Positions 8,304-16,646 of a DNA stretch of 19,773 nt are shown here, in pieces (position 1 is the stretch's first letter; each line of letters starts with the position of its first letter). The notes beneath the pieces are model-generated. The model saw nothing but the letters and a program-made list of their open reading frames with translations. It was not told the DNA's origin and did no database searches. Location: positions 1 to 19,773 of the forward strand of contig JAWBTQ010000022.1 of NCBI GenBank assembly GCA_038841535.1. The letters are read 5' to 3'. The translations under genes were made by a program, and so were the position numbers. This stretch comes from Sulfolobales archaeon. GTDB taxonomy: Archaea; Thermoproteota; Thermoprotei_A; Sulfolobales; NBVN01.

Positions 8304-9515
8304 ATGGAGGTAGAAGAGATAGTTAGACGTCTAGGCTCAGAAAAAATTATAGAGCTAGCTGTGAGGCTTGTAAGGGATTCACTAAGTAAGCTAGACCTCT
8401 CTAAGGAAGCCCCCCTAAAGATAATGAACTTCTGTGGAACTCACGAGTGGACTGCCGTAAGGTATGGTATAAGGTCTCTGCTCCCTGAGAGTATAGAACT
8501 CGTAGCTGGCCCCGGATGCCCAGTTTGTGTAACCCCCGGAGCTGTTATCGAGCAAGCAGTCAAGCTGTCTCTAGATGGGCTCAGGGTGTACACTTTTGGT
8601 GATGCATTTAGAGCTCCGTCTGCTTCCTCCAGTTTCCCACGTAGCTTAGCGGAGGCTAAGGCTCTCGGAGCAGATGTTAGAGTAGTTTACAGCTTCTATG
8701 ATGCCATACTGGACTCCAGGAAGAACGGTAAGGAGTCAGTTTTTCTAGGAATAGGCTTTGAGACTACAGCTCCCTCCTACGCTATTCCAATACACAGTGG
8801 TAAAGTACCTCGGAATCTCAAGCTCTTGAGCACTTTAAGGCTAACCCCACCAGTCATGAGGTACACTGTTAAGCTCTATAAGGAAAGAGGTCTTCTCCCA
8901 ATAAGAGGTGTAATAGCTCCCGGTCATGTATCTGTAATTACGGGTGCTTCTGCGTGGGACTTTCTTCCCAAGGAATTCGGTATAGCAGTAGCTGTATCGG
9001 GATTTGACGGCTTCGACCTCCTCGTGTCCATAGCAGAAATAGTGAGGATGATCTCTGAAGGGTCTCCAGCTCTCTACATCGAGTACAGGAGGGCTGTCAG
9101 ATGGGAGGGCAATGCGTTAGCGAGAAAGTACATAAATGAGGTCTTTGAAGAAGCTGATAGTGCTTGGAGAGGAATAGGATATATACCAAAAAGTGGTCTT
9201 CTACTGAAGGAGAGATTTAAAGAGCTTGACGCATACGAACAATACGGCTTAAAGCCCCCGGGACCTGAGGGTTACGTACTTACTACGGCATCTAGTAGCC
9301 CCGATCTCCCTCCGTCGTGTAGGTGCGGTGAAGTAGTGCTGGGGATAGCTAAGCCCACGCAGTGCTCAATGTTTATGAGAGCGTGTACACCGAGCAAGCC
9401 ATACGGTCCTTGCATGGTCTCTCAAGAGGGAACCTGCTACATATGGGCCAAATATGGAGAACTAAGTGCGAAACTATTTTATAGAATAACTAGACCAAGC
9501 GACCAATATTCGTAA
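8304..9515 (+). CDS. hypD: [NiFe]-hydrogenase maturation protein HypD
   Basis: 403 aa; CGTHE, GPGCPVC, GFETT and PGHVS motifs and C-terminal Fe-S cysteines (CRC...C...C...GPCMVS.EGTC). Confidence 0.96.
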   Translation: MEVEEIVRRLGSEKIIELAVRLVRDSLSKLDLSKEAPLKIMNFCGTHEWTAVRYGIRSLLPESIELVAGPGCPVCVTPGAVIEQAVKLSLDGLRVYTFGDAFRAPSASSSFPRSLAEAKALGADVRVVYSFYDAILDSRKNGKESVFLGIGFETTAPSYAIPIHSGKVPRNLKLLSTLRLTPPVMRYTVKLYKERGLLPIRGVIAPGHVSVITGASAWDFLPKEFGIAVAVSGFDGFDLLVSIAEIVRMISEGSPALYIEYRRAVRWEGNALARKYINEVFEEADSAWRGIGYIPKSGLLLKERFKELDAYEQYGLKPPGPEGYVLTTASSSPDLPPSCRCGEVVLGIAKPTQCSMFMRACTPSKPYGPCMVSQEGTCYIWAKYGELSAKLFYRITRPSDQYS

Positions 9516-9773
9516 AACCTCATACGGAAGCTTAGCCTAATTGCGTTAGTGAGTTATTCACGTTAGTTCTAGGTCGTGAAGTCTACACAGCGAGGTGACA
9601 CTAGGATGAGTCGAAGGTATTAAAGAGCGGGTTCGTTGCGCCACCATCATTACAATACTGATTAACACTACAGCTAAGCCGAGTTGGCTGGGTTTAAGCA
9701 TGTGAGAAGCTTCGGATGAGGGATTGTCAGTTGTCTTAATAAGTTGCCACGTTTTTCTGCATTTGGTGAAAAC

Positions 9774-10679
9774 TTGACTATTAAAATTACGAGGGATCAC
9801 GTTATCTACAGCTTCTCTAAGAAGCACCCAGCTATGTTTAGTGTAGTTCCTGGTGACTCGGTCATATTTGAAACAGTTGATGCTTTAGGAGGTCAGGTCG
9901 TGGATGAATCGACTGCTCTCGATAAGATCGACTGGAGCAGGGTAAATCCTGCTACAGGTCCTCTCTATGTTGAAGGAGCTAAGCCAGGTGATACCTTAGT
10001 AGTCGAAATCGAGGACATAAAGGTATCAGATAGAGCCGCTATCATTGTAACACCAGGGTTTGGCGCACTACCGGATAAGGACTTTAGACCATCAGTCAAG
10101 ATACTGAAAGTAGTAGGAGAGAAGTTGATGTTCGGAAACCTGGAGGTCGAAGTTAGGCCTATGATTGGTGTACTAGGTGTAGCACCCGAAGAAGGAGAAT
10201 TCCCAACAGGCACTTCTGGTCACCATGGGGGAAACATGGACGTAGCCACACTCACTGCGGGGAGTAGAGTCTTCCTACCCGTGTTTGTCGACGGTGCTCT
10301 ACTAGCTCTAGGAGACGTACACGTAGTTCAAGCAGACGGGGAGATATGTGTAGCAGCTGCGGAAGCTTCTGGTGAAGTAAGAGTTAAGATAGGCTTGGTG
10401 AAGGGGAAGAGACCGAGGTACCCGATAGTTGAGAGTGAAGACAGGTACTCGATAGTGGCTTTCGGGAAGGATCTCGACGAGGCTGCTTACAGAGCCTCCG
10501 AGGAGGCAGTTTACGCCATCATGAGAGCACATAGCTTAAGCTTTGAGGAGTCATATATGCTCGCTAGCCTAGTGGTGGATCTAAGGATCAACCAAGTCGT
10601 CGATCCTATGAAGGGAGTAAGAGCCGAGATACCGAAGAAATACATAAAACTCGAGTACCTTCTACACCACTCAATTTGA
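9774..10679 (+). CDS. Acetamidase/formamidase family protein
   Basis: NPATGPLYVEGAKPGD, GGNMD and GDVHVVQADGE motifs. Start placed at TTG 9774 because of the GGTGA SD at 9765-9769 (ORF track starts at 9744). Confidence 0.92.
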   Translation: MTIKITRDHVIYSFSKKHPAMFSVVPGDSVIFETVDALGGQVVDESTALDKIDWSRVNPATGPLYVEGAKPGDTLVVEIEDIKVSDRAAIIVTPGFGALPDKDFRPSVKILKVVGEKLMFGNLEVEVRPMIGVLGVAPEEGEFPTGTSGHHGGNMDVATLTAGSRVFLPVFVDGALLALGDVHVVQADGEICVAAAEASGEVRVKIGLVKGKRPRYPIVESEDRYSIVAFGKDLDEAAYRASEEAVYAIMRAHSLSFEESYMLASLVVDLRINQVVDPMKGVRAEIPKKYIKLEYLLHHSI

Positions 10680-11387
10680 GCTATTGTCACTGCTCTTGCT
10701 TTTTTCAGTGAAAACCCTTAAGTCCTTAGTAGTCTTTTTAACGTACGGCTCATTTATAACTCTAAAGATGAGGCTAGCTTTCTCCTCCGACAGCCCTTCG
10801 ATACTCGCTAGCTCAGCTAGAGAAGCATTAAACACTTTTTTCACACTGCCGAATTTTCTCAGCAACCTCTCGGCGGTCTTGATACCAACTCCCGGGAGTG
10901 CGGAGATGACGTATAGTTGCCAATCACTTAGTAGAGCTTCTCTAGGCTTATTTTTAGATACCATAGCAGCTCTCAGAACATGAGGAGATTCGCCGAGCTT
11001 TATGGATAAGTACTTCAGTATTTCAGCAGTATGCTTTGGGTCGTCAGTAAGTATAACCGGTATTCTATCTACAATAGAGGAGTAGTATAGAGCTGCTAAA
11101 ACGCTTTTATAATTTGACGTGATGTACTTCAGCTTCTCTAAGTTTCCTTCAATAATTAGGAAGCACCTACCAGCAGAACGAGTTAGCCTAGACAACTGGG
11201 CAAAGAACCTCCCGTCGTAGACGGACTTAGCTAAGTCATTAACAGTCTTTCTCTCAGCGATTACGTCTTCAGCTATGACGTAATCTCCCACCGCTAGCTG
11301 CTTAAAAATTACGAGCACACCTAGCTCCATTAAATACTTGGGTACTTCAGACTCTTTCTCCCTAGAGTCCACGTAGATCTTAACCAT
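10671..11387 (-). CDS. xpf: Crenarchaeal-type Xpf structure-specific endonuclease (ERCC4 nuclease plus HhH2)
   Basis: 238 aa; VDSRE, GDY and ERKTVNDL motifs, tandem HhH (LPGVGIKTAERLL; IEGLSEEKA) and a C-terminal PIP-like TKDLRVF. Confidence 0.93.
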   Translation of the reverse strand: MVKIYVDSREKESEVPKYLMELGVLVIFKQLAVGDYVIAEDVIAERKTVNDLAKSVYDGRFFAQLSRLTRSAGRCFLIIEGNLEKLKYITSNYKSVLAALYYSSIVDRIPVILTDDPKHTAEILKYLSIKLGESPHVLRAAMVSKNKPREALLSDWQLYVISALPGVGIKTAERLLRKFGSVKKVFNASLAELASIEGLSEEKASLIFRVINEPYVKKTTKDLRVFTEKSKSSDNSSN

Positions 11388-12380
11388 CTAAACGCACTCC
11401 TCCAGCCATCTACCTCTCTCTAGAACTCGGACTTTATAACCACGTGCTGAAAAGAACTCGATTATCAGTCTTTCTAGATCGTTAATTGAGCTTTTCGAGA
11501 TCGACGCTCCTGCTGCGGCTTCATGACCACCCCCACCTCCCCCCAAACTCTCTCCAACGTATTTAGCTAGCTCAGCTGCGATCGGGGCCCTAAGATCTTT
11601 AACAAGCTTAGTGCTCGCTCTAATCGTCACGCGAGTCTCAGTCTCACGGGGTGTAAGAGCGATCGCTATATCGGATCCCGCCTCAATGGGGTACTTGAGA
11701 GACGACGACTCGTATGCTCCTATGCACGTAATCGTCATGAGGTAGTCGCTCCCTATTGAGTATACACCCATTCTCGATAGGCTCCTCAATCTAGCGACAC
11801 GCTCAGCGTAAGGAACTTCCTGCTGAGTTAAGAGGCGACCTACATCTTCGATATCGGCACCCGAATTCAAGAGCCAATCTACTACCTTTAGCAACCTAGA
11901 GTTTAAGATCCTCAAGAACTTAGTGTCAAACATTATGCCGGCTAATAGAAGTGTAGCATAACTTCTAGGGATACTATAGCCGGAGAGCATGAGGACTTCA
12001 GCTAAAAGAGCTGATGATGCTTTAGACTCCGGGTCGTAAATATATGACTCACAAATACCTGCTAAAGTATTTACTGCGTGATGGTCGATGAAAGAGCACT
12101 TAGAGAACTCAACACCCTCTACCTGAGTAATCGATGATACATCAACGAACACTACTCTCTCACTGGCACACTTCCTCACGCTCGGTATACCGAAGCCAAG
12201 GGCCTGGAGAACTCTCTTACTTACAGAGTCCGCTCCGTCAGGAAGGCACACCTCGAAAGTTCTACTAGAACTAGAATAAGAGCTTAGAGCATAATTTAGT
12301 GTGAGTGCTGCCGCTACAGAGTCGATATCGGCATTTCTATGTGTCACAATTAATGCCCCACCTTTAGACCACGCCATCAA
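11388..12380 (-). CDS. DHH family phosphoesterase (DHH plus DHHA1)
   Basis: 330 aa; THRNADIDS, FVD, IDHH, GIMFDT and GGGGHEAAAG motifs; its stop abuts the xpf ATG (TAGATG). Confidence 0.92.
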   Translation of the reverse strand: MMAWSKGGALIVTHRNADIDSVAAALTLNYALSSYSSSSRTFEVCLPDGADSVSKRVLQALGFGIPSVRKCASERVVFVDVSSITQVEGVEFSKCSFIDHHAVNTLAGICESYIYDPESKASSALLAEVLMLSGYSIPRSYATLLLAGIMFDTKFLRILNSRLLKVVDWLLNSGADIEDVGRLLTQQEVPYAERVARLRSLSRMGVYSIGSDYLMTITCIGAYESSSLKYPIEAGSDIAIALTPRETETRVTIRASTKLVKDLRAPIAAELAKYVGESLGGGGGGHEAAAGASISKSSINDLERLIIEFFSARGYKVRVLERGRWLEECV

Positions 12381-12500
12381 CTCAGCGAACTTGGCTACCA
12401 GCAGGACTTTCCCCTACATACGTTGTTTAGTAGGTAATGAAGGCAGAATAGCCCCTAGCTAACGTAAAGAACTTAACTACGGGGTACTACAACTCTGCTT

Positions 12501-13037
12501 TTAAGAACTAGGTTTTTTGAGTAGCCTGAACTCAATGTATCTAACTACCAACTCTAGTAAAGAGATCTTGAGGCAGGTTCTCAAGGTTATGTTGTTACTT
12601 ACACTTACTTCCACACTGTTAATGAATAACCTGGGGTGAGGCATGTGTTTCACGGCTATCACTACGTACTCCCCAAGTTTGATATTGGTTTCCGATGTCA
12701 TCCCACCCGCAGGTCCCCACTTAAGTGCTCCATCTCCTAAGTCTGTTGGTGTCGAGGGCATACCGGCACCAAATCCAGCCCACTCTAGTGCTATGAGCCT
12801 AAGACCGCAGCTTTCTAGAGCGTATCTTTCTGTGATTCGATAATGCTCAACGCTATGTACGTAAGTTAAAGTAATGTTAGTTTCAGAGTCAACGGTTATC
12901 GCACTAATACTTCCGTCTACTATAACTAAGCCTATGTACAGTAGAGGTAGTAGTGCGAGCAATAAAGCTACTGCGAGCATGGATGTGTAAACTAAGTAGA
13001 AAAACAATGCTTTACTTCTACATCTACTAGTCTTCAA
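12501..13037 (-). CDS. DUF1850-like TAXI-TRAP-associated membrane-anchored protein
   Basis: 178 aa; N-terminal TM helix, YVHSVEH..ITERY and FGAGMP motifs; directly downstream of the TAXI receptor. Confidence 0.8.
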   Translation of the reverse strand: MKTSRCRSKALFFYLVYTSMLAVALLLALLPLLYIGLVIVDGSISAITVDSETNITLTYVHSVEHYRITERYALESCGLRLIALEWAGFGAGMPSTPTDLGDGALKWGPAGGMTSETNIKLGEYVVIAVKHMPHPRLFINSVEVSVSNNITLRTCLKISLLELVVRYIEFRLLKKPSS

Positions 13038-13047
13038 CGCAGGTTCC

Positions 13048-14049
13048 TTACGGTCTTAACTCGCTAGGGATAGAGACTCCCTTCTCCTCGTAGAACTTGA
13101 TGGCGCCCGGATGTAGGGGTATGGGCATACCCTCTAGAGCCTTTTTTAAGTCTATGTCTCTAGCTCTAGCATGCGCCTCCCGCAGCTCATCTATGCGCTC
13201 AAACATCACCTTGAGTACGTAGTATACAACATCACTTGGAACATCAGCTCTTACTGCCAACATAGCCATAACGGCTAAGGTTCTAGTATCAGACGTCATG
13301 CCGGTGTATGTTCCCGAGGGAACAGTGTACCTCGTAAAGAATCTGTACCCTTGTTCAACGAGCTTATTCAGTACTTCGTCTGGGACTTCAACTAGGTTTA
13401 CTGGAACTGTAGCAGCAAGAGATAGTACTGCTGAAGTAGGTATTCCAGCAACAACAAAGGCCGCATCTACTAAGCCCAGCTTTAGGGAGTCTGCTGCCGC
13501 TGCGAAGTCTAGGTTTTGTACAGCGATTTTATCCCACAATCCAGCGGCTTTCAGAATGAGCTCTGCTTCAACAGCAGTTCCACTACCTACCGCCCCTATC
13601 GCTACTCTCTTACCAGCTAAGTCGTATATGCTCTTTATGCCGCTATCTGCTCTAACTACTATCTGAATAACCTCGGGGTAAAGAACTGCGACACCTCTCG
13701 CTAACTCAACCTTACCGCCCTCGAACATGTAGATACCTTTGTAGGCGTAGTAAGCTATGTCGTTTTGAACGAACACTAGTTGGGCATCCCCGGCTCCCAG
13801 AGCTCTCATGTTGGCTACTGAAGCACCACTAGTCGATACCGAAGACGAAATCACGTTACCTGCGTACTTATTCAGCATCTCTGAGAGCTTAACTCCGAGG
13901 GGGTAGTAAACCCCACCAGTTCCACCAGTCCATATGTTTAGAGTGTACGGTTTGACCTCCGGTCTCATCAGCATGTACGTAGCTATACCGACAACTACTA
14001 AGACTATAACTACTATACCTATTAAAACAGGTGTCTTGACCTTCAACAA
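13048..14049 (-). CDS. TAXI family TRAP transporter solute-binding protein
   Basis: 333 aa; N-terminal anchor, TGGTGGVYY, SGASVAN, QND, LYPE, GSGT and PLHPGA motifs; GAGGTG SD and TTTTTAAG TATA upstream. Confidence 0.94.
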   Translation of the reverse strand: MLKVKTPVLIGIVVIVLVVVGIATYMLMRPEVKPYTLNIWTGGTGGVYYPLGVKLSEMLNKYAGNVISSSVSTSGASVANMRALGAGDAQLVFVQNDIAYYAYKGIYMFEGGKVELARGVAVLYPEVIQIVVRADSGIKSIYDLAGKRVAIGAVGSGTAVEAELILKAAGLWDKIAVQNLDFAAAADSLKLGLVDAAFVVAGIPTSAVLSLAATVPVNLVEVPDEVLNKLVEQGYRFFTRYTVPSGTYTGMTSDTRTLAVMAMLAVRADVPSDVVYYVLKVMFERIDELREAHARARDIDLKKALEGMPIPLHPGAIKFYEEKGVSIPSELRP

Positions 14050-14096
14050 TCACACCTCGCTTACTAAATACGTACGCAGACTTAAAAATTCAAGCT

Positions 14097-14330
14097 AGGG
14101 AGGGGTTCAGCTCCTATGTTGGTTTGTATTGGTTGGTTTCATTGCCTCATCTCTGTTCCCCCGCATTCCGCTCGGGGCCTCTTCGGGTTCGGGGGCGTTC
14201 GAGGTGGCCCCAGGCACTCTACATCTTGAGCGTCTCGGGGAGAGCCCGCACCTCATCTACGTGGCTCCCGACTCCTTAACGAACTACTTCCACATACCAC
14301 TACACATAGAGTACTTACAAGCGTTTCCAT
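14097..14330 (-). mobile_element. Internally deleted IS200/IS605-family (tnpB) remnant, MITE-like
   Basis: GC-rich island. The minus strand reads GSHVDEVRALPETLK and then, in another frame, SRCRVPGATSNAPEPEEAPSGMRGNRDEAMKPTNTNQHRS* (stop 14107-14109). From memory these resemble the N- and C-terminal tails of crenarchaeal TnpB. No RuvC or zinc-finger core remains; boundaries are approximate. Confidence 0.6.
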
Positions 14331-14449
14331 CCACATGAACAAATATGAAACCCGAAACAGTTACTCAAGATGACTCTGCCGCCTAAAACGTTCTCGTAGG
14401 TAGCTCTTGGTGCCACGGTTTTGCTTGCTCTAAGTCTAGAAAATATAAT

Positions 14450-14740
14450 TAATGTTAGGCTCCGAGCCGTAAGGGTAGACTGTATTCATGGCGAAAGCTT
14501 GTAAGCTAGTTTTGTTATTCTGAGAAGCTTGGAGGACAGCCTCCAGCCTCAATGACTGCGCGATAGCCATCGAAGGTGGGAGAATATACCTATTCCTAAA
14601 GGGGGGCTCTATGGTGCCCGCCAAAGTAGCTCCTGAGAACCCCACGAGTTGTGAGTGAGTGTGAAAGAGGGAGCCTGTACCCACAAAACCAGAGTAGCCG
14701 AAATGATCGAAGTAACCTAGCTTATGGGCGGGGGAGCCAC
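14450..14740 (+). mobile_element. Possible second degenerate tnpB/IS605-like remnant
   Basis: Broken frame ...IAIEGGRIYLFLKGGSMVPAKVAPENPTSCE* resembles TnpB fragments; GGCTC/GAGCC and CCCGCC/GGCGGG complementarity encloses 14605-14738. Confidence 0.35.
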
Positions 14741-14994
14741 TTACTCGCTATTTACTTAGTGATTGGTGCTATTGACTGGTGCGATAATGTTTTAGCAGTT
14801 AGATACCTGTGAAGTCTATAATCTCTCTAAAGGTGTTAGAAAAGCAGTTTTGCGCAGTTAATAGTTCTGCTTGACTGCATCTAGCTGTTTAGCGTGCTTG
14901 GTTTCCAAAGAAAGCTTGAGGAGAGCAAGGTGTCTTCATGGAAGTCCATGTAATGATTTCAGTGAGTAGGGATTACTAAGGGTTAGTTACTTCA

Positions 14995-16233
14995 CTAGTA
15001 ATTCCATCCAAAAAACCTTTTAGCGGATTCTCTTAGTGCCTTAATTGCTGGAAGCTCTTCACCAGCTAGTGCCATCAGTAAGGCTCCACCCCCAGTCGAT
15101 ATATGCATTTTGTCCCTAGAGGTACCTTCTACTAGTGCCCCCAGATGTCCTCCACCTATTACGAGGAACGCTCCACTCCTTAGCGCAGCAGATACAAGGG
15201 CTTCAGAGCCGGCTCTGAACTTAGGGTCTTCGATGTATCCAGCAGGTCCCCTCATGACAATCAGCTTCGCATCTTTCATTAACTCGGAGTACATCTGCAT
15301 GGTGTACGTACCTATGTCCATGGGTTTACCCGTTATGGTGCTCGCTGGACACTCATCTATCTCGCCACTGTTCTTAATCACTACGTAATCTAGTGGAACA
15401 TCTATTGGTGCACCACCTAAGAGAATTCTCCTCGCTCTCGGGACTAGCGTCATGAGGCCTCTGTCCTCTAAGACTTTAAGCACGTTTTCCGATATCTTAC
15501 CTCCGCGAGCTATGTGAAAGACTAAAGCAACTAGACCAGTAGTAAGTATCCTATCTGCTAGTCTATTCCTAGTCAGGTTTTCTATGATCTTTAGGGTGTC
15601 AGCAACTTTCGCACCACCTAAGACGAAAACTCTGGGTGAATAATCAGAGTCCACGATCTTCCTAAGAGCTTCAACCTCGCTTCTCATAACGTGCCCTATA
15701 ACTGACTTAACCACCATCGGGAATCCGACTATAGATGGCTGCGATCTATGTGCTGTAGCAAAAGCATCAAATACGTAAAGGTCAAAAAGCGGTGCCAGCC
15801 TTTTAACAAGAAAGCTCCTAGCATGTACTTCGGGAGGTGCCTCTATTAGTTCTTCTGAGGCAAACCTAACATTGTCTAGTAGCAGGACTTCACCGTAACC
15901 TAGCTTTTTAATCTCCGATAATGCTGTAGGGCCCATTACGTCTTCAACGAACTTAACTTCGATCTCTAGGTACTTCGAGAGTACCTCGCTGTGAGGTTTC
16001 AACTGAGTAAATCCCTCTTCACCAGGTCTACCCTGGTGAGATAACAGAACAATAGCGCAGTTCGAATCTAAAAGGTCCCTAATAGTCTTAAGGTGGGCTT
16101 TAATCCTTGAGTCATCTAAGATCCTACCCTCGAGATCTAGGGGAACGTTAAAATCCACGCGAACAAGAACCCTAAGATTCGTTACGTCGATATCCTCAAT
16201 AACGGGCAGTCTCGGGAGCACCCTACCACCCAC
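14995..16233 (-). CDS. pgk: Phosphoglycerate kinase
   Basis: 412 aa; RVDFNVP, SHQGRP, NVRF, DAFATAHR, LGGAKV, GGGH and ISTGGGA motifs. Confidence 0.97.
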   Translation of the reverse strand: MGGRVLPRLPVIEDIDVTNLRVLVRVDFNVPLDLEGRILDDSRIKAHLKTIRDLLDSNCAIVLLSHQGRPGEEGFTQLKPHSEVLSKYLEIEVKFVEDVMGPTALSEIKKLGYGEVLLLDNVRFASEELIEAPPEVHARSFLVKRLAPLFDLYVFDAFATAHRSQPSIVGFPMVVKSVIGHVMRSEVEALRKIVDSDYSPRVFVLGGAKVADTLKIIENLTRNRLADRILTTGLVALVFHIARGGKISENVLKVLEDRGLMTLVPRARRILLGGAPIDVPLDYVVIKNSGEIDECPASTITGKPMDIGTYTMQMYSELMKDAKLIVMRGPAGYIEDPKFRAGSEALVSAALRSGAFLVIGGGHLGALVEGTSRDKMHISTGGGALLMALAGEELPAIKALRESAKRFFGWNY

Positions 16234-16601
16234 TTAACTGGGTCCACCATTAAATAAAAGCAGAGAATTAAAGCACTGCTATGGTGCTATAATCCCCTAC
16301 TAACTAAGACGTTTAGCAAATTAAGCTAGCTGCCCTCGAGTTTTAAGTAGGTCTAAAACGAGGGAGACAACGGTATACTCCGATAAGTGTGCTATATATC
16401 GTTAAAGGTGAGTAACCCGAATTTCTAGGTAATAGTGTATATAGCTTCGGCTTTCAGATCTCTATAACCTACTCTTATAAAGCCATAATCTGGTGGCTAC
16501 CATTCTCTTTGGTGGTCTAATCCAGCAGTAACAAAATATAGAAACCTGTTTAACTTACAGTTATTAACTGATATACCTCGGCAAGTCCCGAATTCAGCTA
16601 G

Positions 16602-16618
16602 GCGAAAACTTTATAAAC
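16602..16618 (+). promoter_or_regulatory. BRE plus TATA promoter of the ABC binding-protein gene
   Basis: GCGAAAAC followed by TTTATAAA (16610-16617), 30 nt before the ATG at 16647. Confidence 0.7.
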
Positions 16619-16646
16619 CAGTTAAGATTTAGTTCTGGGGTAAATT

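Noticed and set aside
9570-9665. C/D-like words (GTGAAGT, GTGA, AGGATGA, CTGA) between hypD and the amidase gene
   Set aside because: No D box at the correct spacing after the C-like box, so the geometry does not fit.
9558-13666. Shadow ORFs 9558..9827, 9965..10213, 10308..10532, 10684..10983, 12643..12843 and 13298..13666
   Set aside because: Antisense to, or overlapping, confident genes; no coding signatures.
14129-14684. ORFs 14129..14338 (+) and 14436..14684 (-)
   Set aside because: Both are antisense to the inferred IS-like remnants and have no motifs; probably spurious.
16333-16364. Hairpin ccctcg...cgaggg in the pgk/ABC divergent spacer
   Set aside because: Short imperfect inverted repeat; it could be an operator but nothing supports that.
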